Notes: generated by a model from the letters alone, not told the origin. A stretch of DNA of 64,000 nucleotides from Enhydrobacter sp. (GCA_026126105.1 JAHCJV010000005.1:46418-110417); one strand, 5' to 3'; numbered from the stretch's first letter, positions 45,823-56,283 are shown. Numbers and translations are program-made.

Positions 45823-47058
45823 TCACAGTTCGGTGTCGCCCTTCAGCAGGCGCTGCACGATCGAGCGGTTGAGGATTTCGTTCGTGCCGTCGGCGACATT
45901 GACGATGCGCAGCGAGTGCCAGGCGTGGTGCAGGCCGAGCTCGTTGGTGAAGCCCATGGCGCCGTGGGTCTGCATGGCGCGGTCGACTGCCTTGTAGCCG
46001 ACCTGCACGGAATAGGCCTTAGCCATGGCAAGCTCCTTTACGGCCGGTGCGCCCCGGTCGAGAAGGGTCGCTACATTGAGGCCCATCAGGTGCGCGCCAT
46101 GCAGCTCCATGGCGCTTTCGGCCAAGGGGAACGTGACGCCCTGGTACTCGGAGATCGCCTTGCCGAACGCCTTGCGCTGCTTGGCATAGTCTAGCGCCTT
46201 CTCCAGCGCCCAGCGGCCATACCCCACGGCGCGTGCAGAATTGTAGATGCGCCCCAGCGACACGCCGTACAGCGCCGCGGCAAATCCCTGATGCAGCTCG
46301 CCGACGAGCTGCCAAGGCTCGACGCGCACGTCCTCGAGGCGCAACTCCGCTTCGTCGCCACCGATATGGCCGAACAGCTTTATGATGCGCTGGACCTCGA
46401 AGCCGGGCGATGACGTGGGTACGAGGAAGGCGGATATGCCGCCCTTGCGCGCCGCCGCCCGCTCCCCGTCGGTGACGGCGAAGACGATGCAATAGTCGGC
46501 AACGGGCGAGTTCGACGTCCAGATCTTGCGGCCGGTCAGGCGCCAGGCGTTGCCGTCGGGAACCGCTCTGGTCGACAGGGCGGCCGCGTCGGAGCCGGCG
46601 CCAGGCTCGCTGAGGCCGAAGCACATCGAGGCCTCGCCCGCCATCATCGGCGCCAGGATCTTCTCGCGCGCCTCATCGGTCACCTTCTCCAGCAGGCGGC
46701 TCGGTCCGAAAGCCCAGTGGCTGATCACATAGAGCATCAGCCAGTTCTGCGGCCCGCAGAGATGGAACAACGCCTCCCAGCCGACATAATAGGCGAGATG
46801 CGCGAGGCCGCCCCCACCCAGCGCCTCGGGCACGCACATATTGTAGTAGCCGGCTTTGGCGGATGCGCGCCGCACCTCGCCAATAAGGCCCTTCAGCGCG
46901 TCGGAGAACCGGCCGTCCTCGCGATAGAGCCGACGCGGATCCTCGAACAGGTCGCGGTGCTTTTCGTGCCGCGGCAGCACCTCCTTGCGCGCGAAATCGA
47001 GCAGCCCGTCGCGCACCGAGCGCACATCTTCCGGCAGTTCCCATGCAATCGCCGACAT
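45823..47058 (-). CDS. Acyl-CoA dehydrogenase family protein
   Basis: FGLSEPGAGSD, GRKIWTS, QRKAFGKAI..YQG, QTHGAMGF, DGTNEI. Confidence 0.92.
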   Translation of the reverse strand: MSAIAWELPEDVRSVRDGLLDFARKEVLPRHEKHRDLFEDPRRLYREDGRFSDALKGLIGEVRRASAKAGYYNMCVPEALGGGGLAHLAYYVGWEALFHLCGPQNWLMLYVISHWAFGPSRLLEKVTDEAREKILAPMMAGEASMCFGLSEPGAGSDAAALSTRAVPDGNAWRLTGRKIWTSNSPVADYCIVFAVTDGERAAARKGGISAFLVPTSSPGFEVQRIIKLFGHIGGDEAELRLEDVRVEPWQLVGELHQGFAAALYGVSLGRIYNSARAVGYGRWALEKALDYAKQRKAFGKAISEYQGVTFPLAESAMELHGAHLMGLNVATLLDRGAPAVKELAMAKAYSVQVGYKAVDRAMQTHGAMGFTNELGLHHAWHSLRIVNVADGTNEILNRSIVQRLLKGDTEL

Positions 47059-47077
47059 CCGCCCTCCCGATATTGGT

Positions 47078-47093
47078 GGGCATCATTCTTGCA
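47078..47093 (+). promoter_or_regulatory. Possible sigma54 (-24/-12) promoter for the molybdoenzyme gene
   Basis: GGGCAT-CATTC-TTGCA with exact GG-N10-GC spacing, 54 nt upstream of ATG 47148. Confidence 0.45.
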
Positions 47094-47147
47094 GCGGTAA
47101 CCTGAAGGGGCCACAATTCCCCGACCCCCAATTTCGATGGACAGCCC

Positions 47148-49484
47148 ATGAACGCGCCTGTCGCTGCGAACGATCTTGAATTGGCGAAATTCGGCGTCGG
47201 CCAGCCGGTGCCGCGCAACGAGGATCCCACCCTGCTGAGGGGCGAGGGCCGCTATAGCGACGATATCAAGCTCGACAATCAAGCCCATTGCGTGATGGTG
47301 CGCAGTCAGGTGGCGCACGGCATCATCAAAGACATCGACATCGAGGACGCGCGCAAGATGCCCGGCGTGCTGGGTGTCTGGACCGGCGCCGACCTCAACG
47401 CGGCCGGATATGGTCCGCTGAAGACGCTGATGATGGTGCCCCAGCGTGACGGTTCGCCGATGAAGACGCCGACGCGTTATTCGCTGGCCACCGACAAGGT
47501 TCGTTTCGTCGGTGACCCGGTGGCCTTCGTAGTCGCGGAGACCCCGGCGCAGGCCAAGGATGCCGCGGAAGCCGTCGTCGTCGACATCGAGGCGCTGCCC
47601 GCGGTCACCGAGGCGCGCGAGGCAGCCCAACCGGGAGCTCCCGTGGTGTATGATGACGTGCCGGGCAACGTCTGCGCCGACTATCACTACGGCGACACGC
47701 CTAAAGTCGACGAGGCCTTTGCCAAGGCGGCTCATGTCACGCGCCTGCGGCTGATCAGCAACCGCATCGTGGTCTGCGCGATGGAGCCGCGCTCCGCCGT
47801 CGCCTCCTACGACAAGGAAACCGACCGCTACACCTTCCAGGCGGGCAACCAGGGCGCCTTCGGCCTCAAGGGTCAGATGGCCGCCCTGCTCGGCGTCAAG
47901 CCGGCGCAGGTGCGGATTCTCACCGGCAATGTCGGCGGATCGTTCGGCATGAAGGGCTCTCCCTATCCCGAGTACGCCGGCATGTTCCACGCGTCCAAGC
48001 TGCTCGGCCGGCCAATCAAATGGACCGACGACCGCAGCGGCAGCTTTCTCAGCGACCAGCACGGCCGCGATCATGATTTTGACGCCGAGCTGGCGCTCGA
48101 TAAGGACGGCACCTTCCTCGCGGTGCGGCTGGTCGGCTACGCCAATCTCGGCGGCTATCTGTCAAACGTCGGCGCCGCCATGGGCGCGCTCGGCGTCACA
48201 CGCAATCTCGCCGCCATCTACCGCACCCCGCTGATCTCGGTCTCGACCAAGGTGTGCTTCACCAACACCTCGCCGGTCGGCGCCTATCGCGGCGCAGGCC
48301 GGCCCGAGGCGAACTACTTCATGGAGCGGCTGATCGCGACGGCTGCGCGCGAGATGGGCATCGATCAGGTGGAAATGCGCAAGCGCAACCACATCAAGCC
48401 GGAAGAGATGCCGTACAAGACCGCTTCGGGCACGGTGTATGATTCGGGCGAGTTCACGGCCCTGCTCGACAAGGCTCTAAAGCAGGCCGACGTCGACGGC
48501 TTCGCCGCGCGCAAGGAAGAGAGCAAGGCCCGCGGCAAGCTGCGCGGCCTGGGCATCGGCGACTATCTCGAGGTCACCGCGCCGCCGATGAACGAGATGG
48601 GCGGCATCCGCTTCGAGCCGAACGGCGACGTCACGATCATCACCGGCACGCTCGATTACGGCCAGGGGCACTGGTCGGCCTTCGCCCAGGTGCTGACCAC
48701 CAAGCTCGGCATCCCGTTCAAGAAGATCAAGCTCGTCCAGGGCGACAGCGACCTCTTGATCGCGGGCGGCGGCACTGGCGGCTCCAAGTCTATCATGGCG
48801 TCGGGCGCCGCGATTGTCGAAGCCTCCGACAAGGTGATCGACAAGGGCAAGCTGATCGCTGGCGTCGCGCTCGAAGCCTCGCCAGCCGATATCGAGTTCA
48901 ACGCCGGACGGTTCACCATCGTCGGCACCGACCGCGGGATCGGTATCATGGAACTGGCCGGAAAGCTGCGCAGCGGGATGAAACTGCCCGAGGGCGTGCC
49001 GGACTCGCTCGACGTCAGCCATGTCCACGAAGCGGCGCCATCGGCCTTTCCCAACGGCACCCATGTCTGCGAGGTCGAGATCGATCCCGATACCGGCATC
49101 GTCGAGATCGTTAAATACACGATGGTCGGCGACTTCGGCACCGTCATCAATCCGCTGCTGGTCGAGGGCCAGAGCCACGGCGGCGTGGTGCAGGGCATCG
49201 GCCAGGCGATGCTCGAACACGTCGTCTACAGCGAGGAAGGCCAGCCGCTGACCGGCAGCTTCACCGACTACGCCCTCCCGCGTGCAGACGATGTGCCGTT
49301 CTTCGCGATGGACTACCACTCGGTCCCCGCCAAGACCAACGTGCTGGGCGCCAAGGGCTGCGGCGAGGCCGGATGCGCCGGCTCCCTGCCGTCGGTGATG
49401 AACGCCATCGTCGACGCCTTGGGCGGCAAGCACATCAACATGCCGGCCACCCCGGAACGGGTATGGGAAGTCCTCCACTCGTAG
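47148..49484 (+). CDS. Xanthine oxidase-family molybdopterin-binding large subunit (CoxL form II-like)
   Basis: GGSFGMK, AYRGAGRPEA, GQGH, GGSKS, QSHGGVVQGIG, KGCGEAG. Confidence 0.92.
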   Translation: MNAPVAANDLELAKFGVGQPVPRNEDPTLLRGEGRYSDDIKLDNQAHCVMVRSQVAHGIIKDIDIEDARKMPGVLGVWTGADLNAAGYGPLKTLMMVPQRDGSPMKTPTRYSLATDKVRFVGDPVAFVVAETPAQAKDAAEAVVVDIEALPAVTEAREAAQPGAPVVYDDVPGNVCADYHYGDTPKVDEAFAKAAHVTRLRLISNRIVVCAMEPRSAVASYDKETDRYTFQAGNQGAFGLKGQMAALLGVKPAQVRILTGNVGGSFGMKGSPYPEYAGMFHASKLLGRPIKWTDDRSGSFLSDQHGRDHDFDAELALDKDGTFLAVRLVGYANLGGYLSNVGAAMGALGVTRNLAAIYRTPLISVSTKVCFTNTSPVGAYRGAGRPEANYFMERLIATAAREMGIDQVEMRKRNHIKPEEMPYKTASGTVYDSGEFTALLDKALKQADVDGFAARKEESKARGKLRGLGIGDYLEVTAPPMNEMGGIRFEPNGDVTIITGTLDYGQGHWSAFAQVLTTKLGIPFKKIKLVQGDSDLLIAGGGTGGSKSIMASGAAIVEASDKVIDKGKLIAGVALEASPADIEFNAGRFTIVGTDRGIGIMELAGKLRSGMKLPEGVPDSLDVSHVHEAAPSAFPNGTHVCEVEIDPDTGIVEIVKYTMVGDFGTVINPLLVEGQSHGGVVQGIGQAMLEHVVYSEEGQPLTGSFTDYALPRADDVPFFAMDYHSVPAKTNVLGAKGCGEAGCAGSLPSVMNAIVDALGGKHINMPATPERVWEVLHS

Positions 49485-49497
49485 TAGGCTGACCTTC

Positions 49498-50844
49498 ATG
49501 AAGGACGTTGCCATCGTGGGCTACGGCCCGGTTGGCGCGCTGTTGGCGAACCTGCTGGGTCAAGCCGGCCTTTCGGTCGCCGTGTACGAACGCGACACGG
49601 CGGTCCATCCGTTGCCGCGTGCCGTCCATTTCGACGGCGAGGTGATGCGCATCTTCCAGTCTGCCGGGCTGGCGGAGCACATCGCCCTGGCCACGCGGCC
49701 GTCATCGCAGGGCATGCACTTCGTCAACGCAACGGGCCAGACCCTGATCGTGCGGCGCGGCATCGACGGCCCCGGTCCGCACGGCTGGCCGAATAACTGG
49801 TACTTCCACCAACCGATGCTCGAGCAGATCCTGCGCGAGGGCGTCGGCCGCTATCCCCACGTCGAGGTTCATCTGGGGCACGAGGTGTCCAACCCAAGCG
49901 AACTCGACGCGCGCTATGTCGTGGGTTGCGACGGCGCGCGCTCGCTGGTGAGACGGGCAATCGGCAGCCAGGCCTGCGATCTCGGCCTGCATCAGCCGTG
50001 GCTGGTCGTCGACCTGCTATGCGACCCTTCCTCACGCCGGGTCAAATCTCTGCCCGATTATACCATCCAGCTTTGCGACCCCCGCCGGCCGATGACGATC
50101 GTCAACGTGGGCGGCGCGCGCCGGCGCTGGGAGATCATGCTGATGCCCGGCGATGATCCGACGCGGGTAGCCGAGTCCGGGAAGTTCTGGCCGCTGCTAG
50201 AACGCTGGCTCGGCCCCGAGGACGCTCGCATCGAGCGCTCTGCCGTCTACACCTTCCATTCGATCGTGCAGCAAGGTTGGCGCAAGGGAAAGCTGCTCCT
50301 CGCCGGAGACGCCTGTCACCAGACGCCGCCGTTCCTGGGCCAAGGCATGTGCGCCGGTATGCGCGATGCGGCAAATCTCGCCTGGAAGCTTTCTGCGGTG
50401 CTGCGAGACGGCGCACCCGATTCGCTGCTCGACACCTATGAAAGCGAGCGAGCGCCGCATGTCCGCACCTTTATTGAGCTAGCCGTGAAGCTGGGCGCGG
50501 TGCTGCAGGAGACCGATCCGGATGCCGCCGCGGCGCGCGACGCCCGCTTTGCGGTCGGCACGGAGCGGTTCGACTATCCGCAGCCGCAGCTCGGCAGAGG
50601 ATGCCGTGCCGATGCCCCGCCACCCGTCGGCACAATCTTCCCGCAGCCGCGCCTGCCCGACGGCCGACTGATGGACGAGGCGATCGGCCAGCGTTTCGCG
50701 ATCGTCGGTGAGACGGAACTGCTGGCGTCCGCACGAGCAGACTCCGTTCTGCTGCCCGGCGTCGGAGCGGACTGGCTGGCGAGTCACCGCGTCCGGGCCG
50801 CACTCCTGCGGCCCGATCGCTATGTTTTCGACGTGGCGGCCTAA
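49498..50844 (+). CDS. FAD-dependent aromatic hydroxylase, MhpA-like
   Basis: GYGPVG, PRAVHFDGE, GCDGARS, LAGDACHQTPPFLGQGM. Confidence 0.9.
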   Translation: MKDVAIVGYGPVGALLANLLGQAGLSVAVYERDTAVHPLPRAVHFDGEVMRIFQSAGLAEHIALATRPSSQGMHFVNATGQTLIVRRGIDGPGPHGWPNNWYFHQPMLEQILREGVGRYPHVEVHLGHEVSNPSELDARYVVGCDGARSLVRRAIGSQACDLGLHQPWLVVDLLCDPSSRRVKSLPDYTIQLCDPRRPMTIVNVGGARRRWEIMLMPGDDPTRVAESGKFWPLLERWLGPEDARIERSAVYTFHSIVQQGWRKGKLLLAGDACHQTPPFLGQGMCAGMRDAANLAWKLSAVLRDGAPDSLLDTYESERAPHVRTFIELAVKLGAVLQETDPDAAAARDARFAVGTERFDYPQPQLGRGCRADAPPPVGTIFPQPRLPDGRLMDEAIGQRFAIVGETELLASARADSVLLPGVGADWLASHRVRAALLRPDRYVFDVAA

Positions 50845-51236
50845 GCCGGCGTGAACATCGGCAGCGGCGGGCCGCCGTCGGTCGGCTTGAAAACGAGCTT
50901 CACCGCCTGCTCGCACTTCAGCGTGTCGAAATCGCAGTCGACAATGTTGGTCACCATGCGCGGACCCTCGGCCAGAGTGACGTATGCCATGGCGTAAGGC
51001 ACCGGCGCGCGGCGCATGACGCTGTAGGAATAGATCGTGCCGTTGCCTGAGCACTCGATCCATTCGGTCTTGTCGCTGAAGCAGAACGGACAGATCGTGC
51101 GCGGATAATGGTGCGCCTGCCCACAGGCCGTGCACTTGCGCACCAGCAGCTTGCCCTGCGCGGCGGCGTCCCAGTAGGCCTGAGTCTCCTGGCTCACGGC
51201 AGGCGCCGGCAGCTTGCGTTCCTTCGTCTCGGCCAT
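50841..51236 (-). CDS. DUF35/OB-fold Zn-ribbon acyl-CoA-binding protein
   Basis: CTACG..HYPR..CPFC, GTIYSYSV, LAEGPRMVTNI. Confidence 0.9.
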   Translation of the reverse strand: MAETKERKLPAPAVSQETQAYWDAAAQGKLLVRKCTACGQAHHYPRTICPFCFSDKTEWIECSGNGTIYSYSVMRRAPVPYAMAYVTLAEGPRMVTNIVDCDFDTLKCEQAVKLVFKPTDGGPPLPMFTPA

Positions 51237-51240
51237 CGGA

Positions 51241-52413
51241 CTATTCCCTCTCCAGAATGACAGTCGCACTGCCGTGGCGCAGGCCAAGCGAGCCACCCGT
51301 GCCGTGGGCGACAGCCAGATCGCAGTTCTTCACTTGCACCTTGGGATGCGCCTCGCCGCGCAATTGGCGCACAGCCTCGAGCACCTTGGTGAGGCCGCCG
51401 CGGTTGCCCGGGTGATTGCTGCACAGCCCGCCGCCGTCGGTGTTGAACGGCAGCTTGCCGGTGCCGGAGATCAGGTTGCCGTCGGCCACGAAGGCGCCGC
51501 CTTTGCCCTTCTCGCAGAAGCCGAGATCCTCGAGCTGCATCAGCACGGTGATTGTGAAGCTGTCGTAGATCGAGGCGTACTTGATGTCGGACGGCTTCAC
51601 GCCTGCCTCGGCAAAGGCCGTTGCGCCCGAAAAGCGCGCGCCGGAATAGGTCAGATCGACCTTGCCGCCCATCTGCGTCTTCACGAACTCGCCGGCCCCG
51701 ATCACCTTGACCTTGGGCCGCTTGAGCTTGGCGGCGATCTCTGGTGCGACGACAACGATCGCGCCGCCGCCGTCCGTGATGACGCAGCAGTCGAGCCGGT
51801 GGAGCGGATCGGAGATCATCGGCGAGTTCACGACTTCCTCGACCGTGACCACGTCCTTCAGGAGCGCATGCGGATTGTATTGCGCGTGGTGCGAGGCCGC
51901 GACCTTGATCCAGGCGAGCTGCTCTGCCGTGGTGCCGAACTCGTGCATGTGGCGCATCGCGCACATCGCATACATGTTCACGACCGTCGGCCCATAAGGG
52001 AACTCGAACGGCTCATCCGGCGTCGGCGTGCCGCCGCGTGACCGCGGAACGGTGCCGGTCGCCATGCCCTCGGCACGCGGGCGGCCAGCGAGCGTGATCA
52101 GCGCCACCTTGCACTTGCCTGCAGCGATCGCCTCGGCCGCGTGACCGACATGGATCACATAGGACGAGCCGCCGGTGTCGGTGGAGTCGACGTGCCGCGG
52201 CTTCAGCCCCATGTACTCGACCATCGACATCGGCCCCAGCCCGGGGGCGTCGCCGGCGCAGAAGTAGCCGTCGACATCGTCCTTCGTCAGGCCGGCATCC
52301 TCAAGCGCGCCCTTGGCCACCTGGGCGTGAATCTGGGATAAAGAGATATCCTTCGCCAGCCGCGTCGGATGCTCGTAGATGCCGGCAATATAGGCCTTGC
52401 CCTTGATGCTCAT
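51241..52413 (-). CDS. SCP2/Ltp2-type thiolase-domain protein
   Basis: GIYEHP, HRLDCCVITDGG, YDSFT, FNTDGGGL, QLRGEA, HGTGG. Confidence 0.9.
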   Translation of the reverse strand: MSIKGKAYIAGIYEHPTRLAKDISLSQIHAQVAKGALEDAGLTKDDVDGYFCAGDAPGLGPMSMVEYMGLKPRHVDSTDTGGSSYVIHVGHAAEAIAAGKCKVALITLAGRPRAEGMATGTVPRSRGGTPTPDEPFEFPYGPTVVNMYAMCAMRHMHEFGTTAEQLAWIKVAASHHAQYNPHALLKDVVTVEEVVNSPMISDPLHRLDCCVITDGGGAIVVVAPEIAAKLKRPKVKVIGAGEFVKTQMGGKVDLTYSGARFSGATAFAEAGVKPSDIKYASIYDSFTITVLMQLEDLGFCEKGKGGAFVADGNLISGTGKLPFNTDGGGLCSNHPGNRGGLTKVLEAVRQLRGEAHPKVQVKNCDLAVAHGTGGSLGLRHGSATVILERE

Positions 52414-52533
52414 CGGCGGGCGATCTCCCTGGTCAATGTTGCGCCGCATCGTAGGCGAAAGCGGCTCACGGAAAAGCGACTTCTTTCGTCCTGAGGAACC
52501 CGGCTACTCTCGAAGTCTCACAGGGAGAGAAGT

Positions 52534-53343
52534 ATGGTGTTTCGGACTTTGGTGACGTTTGTGGCTGCCTGCCTGATGCTCGCCGGTGTGGCGCAAGCGC
52601 AGGGCAAGGCCGAGCTGTTGTGGTACAGCCAGGCCGCGTTCAAGCTCACCACTCCGGGCGGGAAGGTGATCATGATCGATCCCTGGATCATGGGTGCAAC
52701 CAAGATCCCGCCTGAACTGAAGGACCTCGGCAAGATCGGAAAGGTCGACCTGATCCTGGTTACGCACGGTCACGGCGACCATCTCGGCGACGCGATGGAA
52801 ATTTCTAAGACCAACAATGCGCCAATCTGGGGACCGGCTGGCATGAACCAGGCGCTCGCCACACTCGGGAAAATGCCTGCCAACCTCGTGCCGCGGATGA
52901 ACAAGGGCGGCACGATCGAACCGTTTCCCGGCGTCAAGATCACCATGACGCATGCGGAACATTCTTCCGAAATGATCCTGAAGGACGAGCATGGCAAGGA
53001 TACGAGCTATGCTGCCGGCGAGCCGGTGGGATTCATCATCCAGCTCGAGAACGGTTTCAAGATCTGGCACATGGGCGACACCGGCGTGTTTGGCGACATG
53101 AAGTGGATCGGCGAATACTACAAGCCCGACCTGATCCTGATCCCGATCGGCGGCCACTTCGTGATGGATCCGAAGGATGCCGCCTATGCGACCAAGGAGT
53201 TGATCAAACCCAAGATGGCCTGGCCAATGCATTACGCGTCGAACCCGATGCTCAAGGGCACGCCGGCCGAATTCAAGGCGGCGCTTGGCGACAGCAAAGT
53301 CGAGATGATCGTCGCCGAGCCGGGCACGAAGAAAGAGTTCTGA
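52534..53343 (+). CDS. Exported metallo-beta-lactamase-fold hydrolase (UPF0173-like)
   Basis: Signal peptide, THGHGDH, HAEHSS, HMGDTG, PIGG, PMHY. Confidence 0.88.
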   Translation: MVFRTLVTFVAACLMLAGVAQAQGKAELLWYSQAAFKLTTPGGKVIMIDPWIMGATKIPPELKDLGKIGKVDLILVTHGHGDHLGDAMEISKTNNAPIWGPAGMNQALATLGKMPANLVPRMNKGGTIEPFPGVKITMTHAEHSSEMILKDEHGKDTSYAAGEPVGFIIQLENGFKIWHMGDTGVFGDMKWIGEYYKPDLILIPIGGHFVMDPKDAAYATKELIKPKMAWPMHYASNPMLKGTPAEFKAALGDSKVEMIVAEPGTKKEF

Positions 53344-53356
53344 TCCGATCCGGAGC

Positions 53357-54538
53357 CTAGTCGGCCGAGGCGGCCCTCGCCTCGACCGCGGCGGCCTCGA
53401 ACGCGATCGGGCCGTCATCGAGCAGCTTGACGTCGGAGGCCGACCAGCGGGCCTCGACCTTGTCGCCTATGTCGAGCGGATTGCGGAAGAAGGTATCGTC
53501 GGGCACGTGCGCCACGAACTCCTCTCCGTTGTCGAGGTCTATGGTGACTTTCACGTAGGAGCCCTGGTTCTCCAGCGTATGGACTTCTCCGACGGTCGTG
53601 TTCAGGCCGCCGGCCGGCTTGGCACCGGGCAGCATCTTCTCGACGCCGATGCGGTCGCGACGGATCGAACCGTAGAGCTTGGCGCCGCGCGCGGGCCGAA
53701 TCTCGCCGACCGGGAACGCAAATCGCGCACCCTTGTCGCTCGCCACGGCGGCCATGCCGTTCATCGTGCTCTCGACTGTTCCGGACAGCACATTCTGGCC
53801 GCCGACGAAGCGCGCGACGTATGCGTTGCGCGGCGCGACGAAAATGTCGCGCGCGCTGGCAGCCTGCTCGATCCGGCCCTGCGCCATGACGACCACCATG
53901 TCGGCGACGGCGATCGCTTCGAGCTGGGTGTGTGTCACATGCACGAAGGTGATGCCGAGCTCCTTCTGCACGCGGCGCAACTCGCCGCGCATGCGCAGGC
54001 GAAGATACTCGTCGAGGGCCGACAGCGGCTCGTCGAGCAGCAGCACGCGCGGATTGGTGATCAAGGCGCGGGCAAGGGCCACGCGCTGCTGCTGTCCGCC
54101 CGACAGCTCGGCCGGAAGCCGGTTGGCAAATTTCTCGAGCTGGACCTTGGCCAGGAGCTCGCGCGCCTGGTTGTGGCGTGCGGGAAGGCCAATGCCGCGC
54201 ACCTTAAGCGCGAACGCGACATTGTCGAGCACGCTGCGATGCGGGAACAGCGCGTAGCTCTGGAACATCATCGCCGTGCCGCGCTCGACCTGCGGCAGCC
54301 CGACGACCGACCGACCGCCGATGCGGACGTCACCGGTCGTGGGATTCTCATGCCCGGCGATCATGCGCAGGATCGTGGTCTTGCCGCACCCGCTCGGCCC
54401 CAGCAGGCAGCAATAGGATCCATGCGGAATGGTGAGCGACAGCTCCTTGACCGCGACGGTTTCGCCGAACCGCTTGGTGACGCCAGCGACCTCGACCTGT
54501 CCGCCGCCAATCGCGCCGCTACCCGTTGCCTGGGTCAT
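53357..54538 (-). CDS. PotA-like ABC ATP-binding protein
   Basis: GPSGCGKTT, FQSYALFPH, LSGGQQQRVALAR, VTHTQLEA. Confidence 0.92.
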   Translation of the reverse strand: MTQATGSGAIGGGQVEVAGVTKRFGETVAVKELSLTIPHGSYCCLLGPSGCGKTTILRMIAGHENPTTGDVRIGGRSVVGLPQVERGTAMMFQSYALFPHRSVLDNVAFALKVRGIGLPARHNQARELLAKVQLEKFANRLPAELSGGQQQRVALARALITNPRVLLLDEPLSALDEYLRLRMRGELRRVQKELGITFVHVTHTQLEAIAVADMVVVMAQGRIEQAASARDIFVAPRNAYVARFVGGQNVLSGTVESTMNGMAAVASDKGARFAFPVGEIRPARGAKLYGSIRRDRIGVEKMLPGAKPAGGLNTTVGEVHTLENQGSYVKVTIDLDNGEEFVAHVPDDTFFRNPLDIGDKVEARWSASDVKLLDDGPIAFEAAAVEARAASAD

Positions 54539-55365
54539 GTGTTGCTCCGACTACGCCGGCGCTGGATGGCGCCAATGGAGGTGAGGGCCACGACGATCAC
54601 GAAGAACGATACGATGGTCGTGACGGCACCGACTGCGTAGAGCGTCGGCGACGTGACGTTGGTCGTCATTGCCCAGATCTCGAGCGGCAGCGTGTTCTTG
54701 GCGCCCGCAGCCAGAGCGGTCCGCGCGATCTCGTCGTAACTCAGCGTAAAGCCGAACAGCGCCACGCCGATGATGCCGGGCAGCAGCATCGGTATCGTGA
54801 CTTCCTTGAGCTTCTGCCAGTTGGTCGCTCCCAGGTCCGTTGCCGCTTCCTCGTAGGAGCGGTTGAAGCGGCCCAGAACCGCGAACATGATCAGAAGGCC
54901 GAACGGCAGGGTCCAGGTGAGCTGCGCGCCCAGCCCCGAGCTGTACCAGCCGGTCGGCAGACCGAGCAGACGGAAGGTGAGCGCGATGCCCAGCCCGACG
55001 AACAGCCCGGGCATGATCAGGCTCGCGATCGCGAGATAGAAGGCAAACGCCGAGCCTCGGAACGGCCGGCGGAACGCCAGGCCGGCAAGGACCGACACCA
55101 GCACGGTTACGACAGCGACGACCGCCGCGAGCACGATGGAGCGCTGGAAGGAGCCGGCGATGTCGCCCACGCGGGATTGCGAGATGAGCGCGTCGAACCA
55201 GTGAAGCGACACACCGTTCAGCGGGAAGGTCATGCCGCCGGTGGGACCCTGGAACGACAGGACATAGATCACGACCATCGGACCGTAGAGGAACGCCACG
55301 AAAAGTCCGAAGAACGCCGCGAAGAAATAGAACGTCCAGGGGCGCGAACCGTCAGCCGAGTGCAT
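54535..55365 (-). CDS. PotC-like ABC permease
   Basis: YGPMVVI..SF, EEAATDLGA, FTLSYDE. Confidence 0.9.
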   Translation of the reverse strand: MHSADGSRPWTFYFFAAFFGLFVAFLYGPMVVIYVLSFQGPTGGMTFPLNGVSLHWFDALISQSRVGDIAGSFQRSIVLAAVVAVVTVLVSVLAGLAFRRPFRGSAFAFYLAIASLIMPGLFVGLGIALTFRLLGLPTGWYSSGLGAQLTWTLPFGLLIMFAVLGRFNRSYEEAATDLGATNWQKLKEVTIPMLLPGIIGVALFGFTLSYDEIARTALAAGAKNTLPLEIWAMTTNVTSPTLYAVGAVTTIVSFFVIVVALTSIGAIQRRRSRSNT

Positions 55366-55374
55366 TACGCTTCC

Positions 55375-56283
55375 TCACCGTGCCAATTCCTTGCGCACAT
55401 CGACCAGGCGCAGGATGCCCGCGACCATAAGCGTGACGATGATCACCATGATGACCGCGCTCGCCGCCGCCGGCGGGTACTGCAGGGCCGCGACCTCGTT
55501 CTGAAGCGCCGAGACGACCGACGCGCTCTGCCCGCCGCTCATGGTGCGCACCACGAACGAATCGCCCATCACCAGTGTGATCACGAAAATCGAGCCCAGC
55601 GCGATGCCGGTGCGCGACAGCGGCAGCACGATCTCGAAGACCGTTCGGAAGCGACCGGCACCGGCATCGCGCGCCGCCTCGAGCAGGCTCTTGTCGATGC
55701 GCGCCATCGAATTGAAGATCGGCACGACCATGAACAGCGTGAACAGATGGACATAGGCCACCACGACGGCAAAGTCGGAGAACAGGAGAAATTCCAGCGG
55801 CTGGCTCGTGACGCCTGCCCCCTGCAGGGCCTGGTTGAAGATGCCGTTGCGGCCGAGGAAGGGAATCCACGAGATCATGCGGATGATGTTGGAAGTCAGG
55901 AACGGCACGGTGCAGAGCAGGAACAGGCCGATCTGGAACAGCAGGCCGCGCACGTGGAAGACCAGGAAATAGGCGATGTTGAAGCCGAGCAGCAGCGTGA
56001 TGGCCCAGACGATCAGCGCGAACTTGATCGAACTGGCGTAGAGCCGCAGCGTCACCTCACGGGTGAAAAGATCGACGTAATTGTCGAAGATGAAGGCCGG
56101 AATGATGTCGGTGCGGCTGAAGTCGAAGAAGCTCACGACCAGCACCACCAGCATGGGCAGGCCGAAGAACAGCGCCAGCACGGCGACCATCGGCGCGACC
56201 TGCAACCAGGACGCACGCTCGCCGGTATTCTCCGCCGGCGGCGCCTCTTCCAGGAGAGACGCCGCGTGTTCGATGCTTGTCAT
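55375..56283 (-). CDS. PotB-like ABC permease
   Basis: VPFLTSNIIR..SW, LLEAARDAGA, PLSRTGI. Confidence 0.9.
   Translation of the reverse strand: MTSIEHAASLLEEAPPAENTGERASWLQVAPMVAVLALFFGLPMLVVLVVSFFDFSRTDIIPAFIFDNYVDLFTREVTLRLYASSIKFALIVWAITLLLGFNIAYFLVFHVRGLLFQIGLFLLCTVPFLTSNIIRMISWIPFLGRNGIFNQALQGAGVTSQPLEFLLFSDFAVVVAYVHLFTLFMVVPIFNSMARIDKSLLEAARDAGAGRFRTVFEIVLPLSRTGIALGSIFVITLVMGDSFVVRTMSGGQSASVVSALQNEVAALQYPPAAASAVIMVIIVTLMVAGILRLVDVRKELAR

Noticed and set aside
47148-49484. Possible form I aerobic CO dehydrogenase
   Set aside because: Motif is AYRGAGR rather than AYxCSFR, and no coxMS or accessory genes are adjacent
52450-52533. Hammerhead-like words (CTGTGAG ... GGACGAAA) on the minus strand
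   Set aside because: The CUGAUGA core is incomplete and stems I-III cannot be assembled
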